Assembly (NCBI GenBank): GCA_944384535.1
Contig: CALWTS010000005.1
Location: forward strand, 73,870 to 137,869
Reading direction: 5' to 3'
DNA length: 64,000 bases
Source: an uncultured Clostridia bacterium
GTDB lineage: Bacteria > Bacillota > Clostridia > Christensenellales > UBA1242
Both the position numbers and the translations under genes were made by a program. The notes under the pieces are model-generated. The model made no database searches and was not told the DNA's origin. It saw only the letters and a program-made list of their open reading frames with translations. Positions 60,775-64,000 of the stretch are shown one piece after another. How positions within the stretch are numbered: position 1 is the stretch's first letter; each line of letters begins with the position of its first letter.

Positions 60775-61473
60775 TTATTTTTTATAAATAATTCTATGGC
60801 AATGTTCACAAGTTAAAATTCCATCATTATTTAATACTGAAATAGTTGCATAAGGTAATTCCATATGACATCCACCACAGGAATTTCCTTTTAGAGGTAC
60901 AAGAACTGGAAAAATATTCTCTTTTCTCCTTTTTATATATGCTTCCATAATTTTTGAATCAATATTTTTTGATAAATCTTTCAGCTTTAATATTAAATTA
61001 TTCTTTTCTTTCTCAACTGTTTTTACTTCATTATCATACTCTTCTTTGCATATTGTAAATTGTTCTTTTGATGCATTAAATTCTTTTATAGTTTTATTAA
61101 AATCAGATAAAACAACATTGACACTTTCAGCTAAAGCTGTTAAATTTTTATCTAATATAACTAAATTTTGAGCCAACTTTTCACTCAAAATGGTAAGTTT
61201 ATCAACCTCTTCCTTTGATAATTTCTCTAAATCTTTTGATAAAAATTCATTCATTTTTTCTTCTTGAATCTTAAAATGTTTCTTAACTTTATCTATTTCA
61301 GCAATTAATCCACCTGCTTTTTCTTCTAATTTCAATGACCTTGTTTGTGCGTTTTTCATATTTTCATGCATTTCATTTGCTAATTTTTTATTCTTATTTT
61401 CTCTAAGTTGTTTTTCTATTTTAAATAATTCACTATCCAAACTTTGATACTCTAAAATTTTTTCTACACCCAT
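60775..61473 (-). CDS. Coiled-coil protein with a C-terminal C4 zinc ribbon (COG1579-like)
   Basis: Long heptad-rich region, then CGGCHMELP...CEHCHRI. Confidence 0.8.
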   Translation of the reverse strand: MGVEKILEYQSLDSELFKIEKQLRENKNKKLANEMHENMKNAQTRSLKLEEKAGGLIAEIDKVKKHFKIQEEKMNEFLSKDLEKLSKEEVDKLTILSEKLAQNLVILDKNLTALAESVNVVLSDFNKTIKEFNASKEQFTICKEEYDNEVKTVEKEKNNLILKLKDLSKNIDSKIMEAYIKRRKENIFPVLVPLKGNSCGGCHMELPYATISVLNNDGILTCEHCHRIIYKK

Positions 61474-61496
61474 TTAAAATCTCCTTTTTTTGACAT

Positions 61497-62558
61497 TTAA
61501 TTTATAAAATCAATAAGTTTTTTACTACGATTTGGATTCTTAAGTTTACGCAAAGCCTTTGCTTCAATTTGTCTGATACGTTCTCTTGTAACACTAAATT
61601 CTCTTCCAACTTCTTCAAGTGTCTTAGATTTTCCATCAATCAATCCATATCTTTCTCTAATTACTTGTTGTTCCCTAGGAGTTAAAGTATCTATAACTGC
61701 AAGCAATTGTTCATGTAATAATTTTTGAGAAGCTACCTCCATTGGACTTTTAGCTGTTTCATCCTCAATAAAATCACTCATTTTACTATCTTCCTCTTCA
61801 CCAATAGGAGTTTCTAAAGAAACAGGATCTAACGCACTCTTTTGAATTTCTATTACCTTGCTTTCGCTTATACCCATAGCTTCCGCAATTTCTTCAAGAG
61901 AAGGATCTCTCGATAATTTTTGAGTTAATTGTCTAACTGTGCGACTATATCGATTTATTGTTTCAACCATATGAACTGGAAGACGTATTGTTCTAGATTG
62001 ATCGGCAATCGCTCTAGTAATAGCTTGTTTAATCCACCATGTAGCATAAGTAGAAAACCTAAAACCTTTAGTATAATCAAATTTTTCTACAGCTCTCAAT
62101 AGTCCCATGTTCCCCTCTTGAATTAAATCCAAAAAGGATAAAGCATTAGTACTTGCCCACCTTTTTGCGATTGATACAACCAAACGTAAATTTGCTTGAC
62201 AAAGCCTAGATTTCGCAAGTTCATCTCCTTCTAAAATTTTTTTCGCAAGCTCAATTTCTTCATCAGAAGTTAAAAGTGGAACTTTTCCAATATCTTTTAA
62301 ATACATTTTAACAGGATCATCAACAGATGCAAACCCTGAAAAATTTGTTATATCATCACTTTCGTTTACAAGTTCATCATCTGTTCTTAAGATTTTAATT
62401 CCATGTCCTTCTAATTTTTTAATAAACTTTTGTATCTCTATGGCGGACAGATCAAATTTTAACAATCTAAAATAAACATCTTCCTCATTAATAGAACATT
62501 TTTTAGTCGCAACATCAAAAATTTTTTTCATCTCAAGATCAATTTTATTATCTGACAT
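61497..62558 (-). CDS. sigA: RNA polymerase primary sigma factor
   Basis: [63 protein letters not shown] and region 4 [20 protein letters not shown]. Confidence 0.98.
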   Translation of the reverse strand: MSDNKIDLEMKKIFDVATKKCSINEEDVYFRLLKFDLSAIEIQKFIKKLEGHGIKILRTDDELVNESDDITNFSGFASVDDPVKMYLKDIGKVPLLTSDEEIELAKKILEGDELAKSRLCQANLRLVVSIAKRWASTNALSFLDLIQEGNMGLLRAVEKFDYTKGFRFSTYATWWIKQAITRAIADQSRTIRLPVHMVETINRYSRTVRQLTQKLSRDPSLEEIAEAMGISESKVIEIQKSALDPVSLETPIGEEEDSKMSDFIEDETAKSPMEVASQKLLHEQLLAVIDTLTPREQQVIRERYGLIDGKSKTLEEVGREFSVTRERIRQIEAKALRKLKNPNRSKKLIDFIN

Positions 62559-64000
62559 AAAAATCCTCCAAATTTTTTTCTCTTAATGCTTTACTAACAG
62601 AATTTAAATTCTGTATAATTTTCAATCTTTCTTGTTTATCATCACAGTTCTTAAATTTTTCAGCCAATTCATTTTGTTTTTCTATAAGAATTTGACTCGC
62701 CAGAAGCCAAACGCTTTCCTCAAAATATTGTTTATCTCTATTTTCATATTCAGAGAAATCCATACCAATACAATCTCTCAAAATTGGATTATCTTGAATA
62801 TTAAAGTAATCATAATACGTTGAAATAGGAATATTTTGTTTAGCTTTTTCTATAATATCTTTAAATCTCGGTAAAAGTTTAATGTAATCAATCTTCTTAT
62901 CAACAAAATCTTTATCATATATTAAGCTACTTAAAATAAACTTTATAGCCCTAATATTCCCATTTTCTCTAGTAATTAAAACATCTTCATTTGATTTTTC
63001 TTTCTTATTGTCTACAGCTTGTCCATTTCTGCTTTTATTAAAATCTCTTTTTAAAACATCAATAGGAATATTTGTTAAATCTCTCAACTTTTCAAAATAA
63101 GGTTCTCTCTCACTTTCAGAACTAATATAATCGAGAAAATTAAGTGCCGACTTTGCAAATTTTCCCCTTTCATCCGATTTTTTTAAATCATATTTTTTTA
63201 ATTCGTTATTGATTAAAAAATCAGTTGTAGGTAAAGCGTTTTCTATTATATTTGCAAGCGCATCTTTTCCTTTAACTTTTAATATTTCATCGGGATCGTG
63301 TTCTCCCTTCACGTTGGGTAAAGTTGCAACCTTTACTTCAAATCCTTCATTATTTAATATTTCAAGACTTTTAATTGTGGCTTTTACTCCCGCCTCATCG
63401 CCATCAAAACAAAGAACAACTTTATTAGAAATCTTTTTTAATTCTTTTACATTGTCGATTGTTAAAGCGGTTCCCATACACGCTACAGTAGATGAAAAAC
63501 CGGCTCTATGCATTGCAATAACATCAATTTGTCCTTCAACAATAATAATTTTATCCAACTTGCCTTGTTGTTTTAATGCTTTTAATAAATTAATACCAAA
63601 AACAACTTTTCCCTTATGAAAAACAATTGTTTCAGCAGTGTTAATATACTTCGCATAATCAACATTCCCTAAAACCCTAGCACTAAATCCAACACATTCA
63701 TTAAAAGCATTGAAAATTGGAAATATCAATCTTCCTGCAAAAATATCGTAATAATGGTTGTTTTTACATTGGGCTATTCCTGCATCCATAATTTCTTTAT
63801 AAGTAAAACCCTTTTTCCTTAAAAAATTAACCATTTCATTCCAGTCAATTGAAAATCCAAGTTTAAAGTTATCCAACTCTTTTTTAGTAAATCCCCTTAA
63901 TTTAACATAGTTTTGAGCAATTTTAGCTTGAGGTAAATATAAATTTTCTTGATAATGTTTGTAAGCGTAATCCAATAAACTTAAAATTCTTTCACGTTCT
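62548..64000 (-). CDS. dnaG: DNA primase, N-terminal zinc-finger region lies beyond the window
   Basis: [16 protein letters not shown] and CFDGDEAG. The frame stays open to nt 64000, so the track start at 63975 is an internal TTG. Overlaps sigA by 11 nt. Confidence 0.93.
   Translation of the reverse strand, partial: ERERILSLLDYAYKHYQENLYLPQAKIAQNYVKLRGFTKKELDNFKLGFSIDWNEMVNFLRKKGFTYKEIMDAGIAQCKNNHYYDIFAGRLIFPIFNAFNECVGFSARVLGNVDYAKYINTAETIVFHKGKVVFGINLLKALKQQGKLDKIIIVEGQIDVIAMHRAGFSSTVACMGTALTIDNVKELKKISNKVVLCFDGDEAGVKATIKSLEILNNEGFEVKVATLPNVKGEHDPDEILKVKGKDALANIIENALPTTDFLINNELKKYDLKKSDERGKFAKSALNFLDYISSESEREPYFEKLRDLTNIPIDVLKRDFNKSRNGQAVDNKKEKSNEDVLITRENGNIRAIKFILSSLIYDKDFVDKKIDYIKLLPRFKDIIEKAKQNIPISTYYDYFNIQDNPILRDCIGMDFSEYENRDKQYFEESVWLLASQILIEKQNELAEKFKNCDDKQERLKIIQNLNSVSKALREKNLEDFYVR

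Overview
Chromosomal segment from a very AT-rich, endospore-forming Firmicute, Clostridia-like, using genetic code 11 (TGA is used as a stop). Genes are tightly packed and almost all are housekeeping. Genes at 1-21383 all lie on the + strand: truB, efp, the complete spoIIIAA-AH operon, nusB, xseA-proS-xseB, infC-rpmI-rplT, ruvCAB, queA, tgt and rny. From 21401 to the end nearly all genes lie on the - strand: serS, spoIVB-recN-argR, thiI, pheST with a Phe T-box, tRNA-Leu, clpXP-tig, gap, obg, lysS, pnp-rpsO, relA-recJ and sigA-dnaG. I saw no CRISPR array, transposase, phage genes or rRNA. The most interesting signal is the head-on convergence of gene orientation at about 21.39 kb, which suggests a replication terminus. 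Within 5 kb of it lie an XerS-like single tyrosine recombinase, apparently leaderless, and a 36-bp perfect palindrome whose 14-nt arm recurs just upstream of the recombinase promoter. This is a candidate dif-like recombination module. Other notable points: a long RelA/SpoT homologue whose hydrolase (HD) motifs are degenerate; a tRNA-Leu that folds with an A34 (AAG) anticodon; an orphan encapsulated-ferritin-like gene with no encapsulin shell gene; an uncharacterised polybasic protein translationally linked to serS; a 573-aa membrane-tethered PadR-like protein; and proS wedged between xseA and xseB. All family assignments come from reading motifs in the supplied translations. No database search was run.
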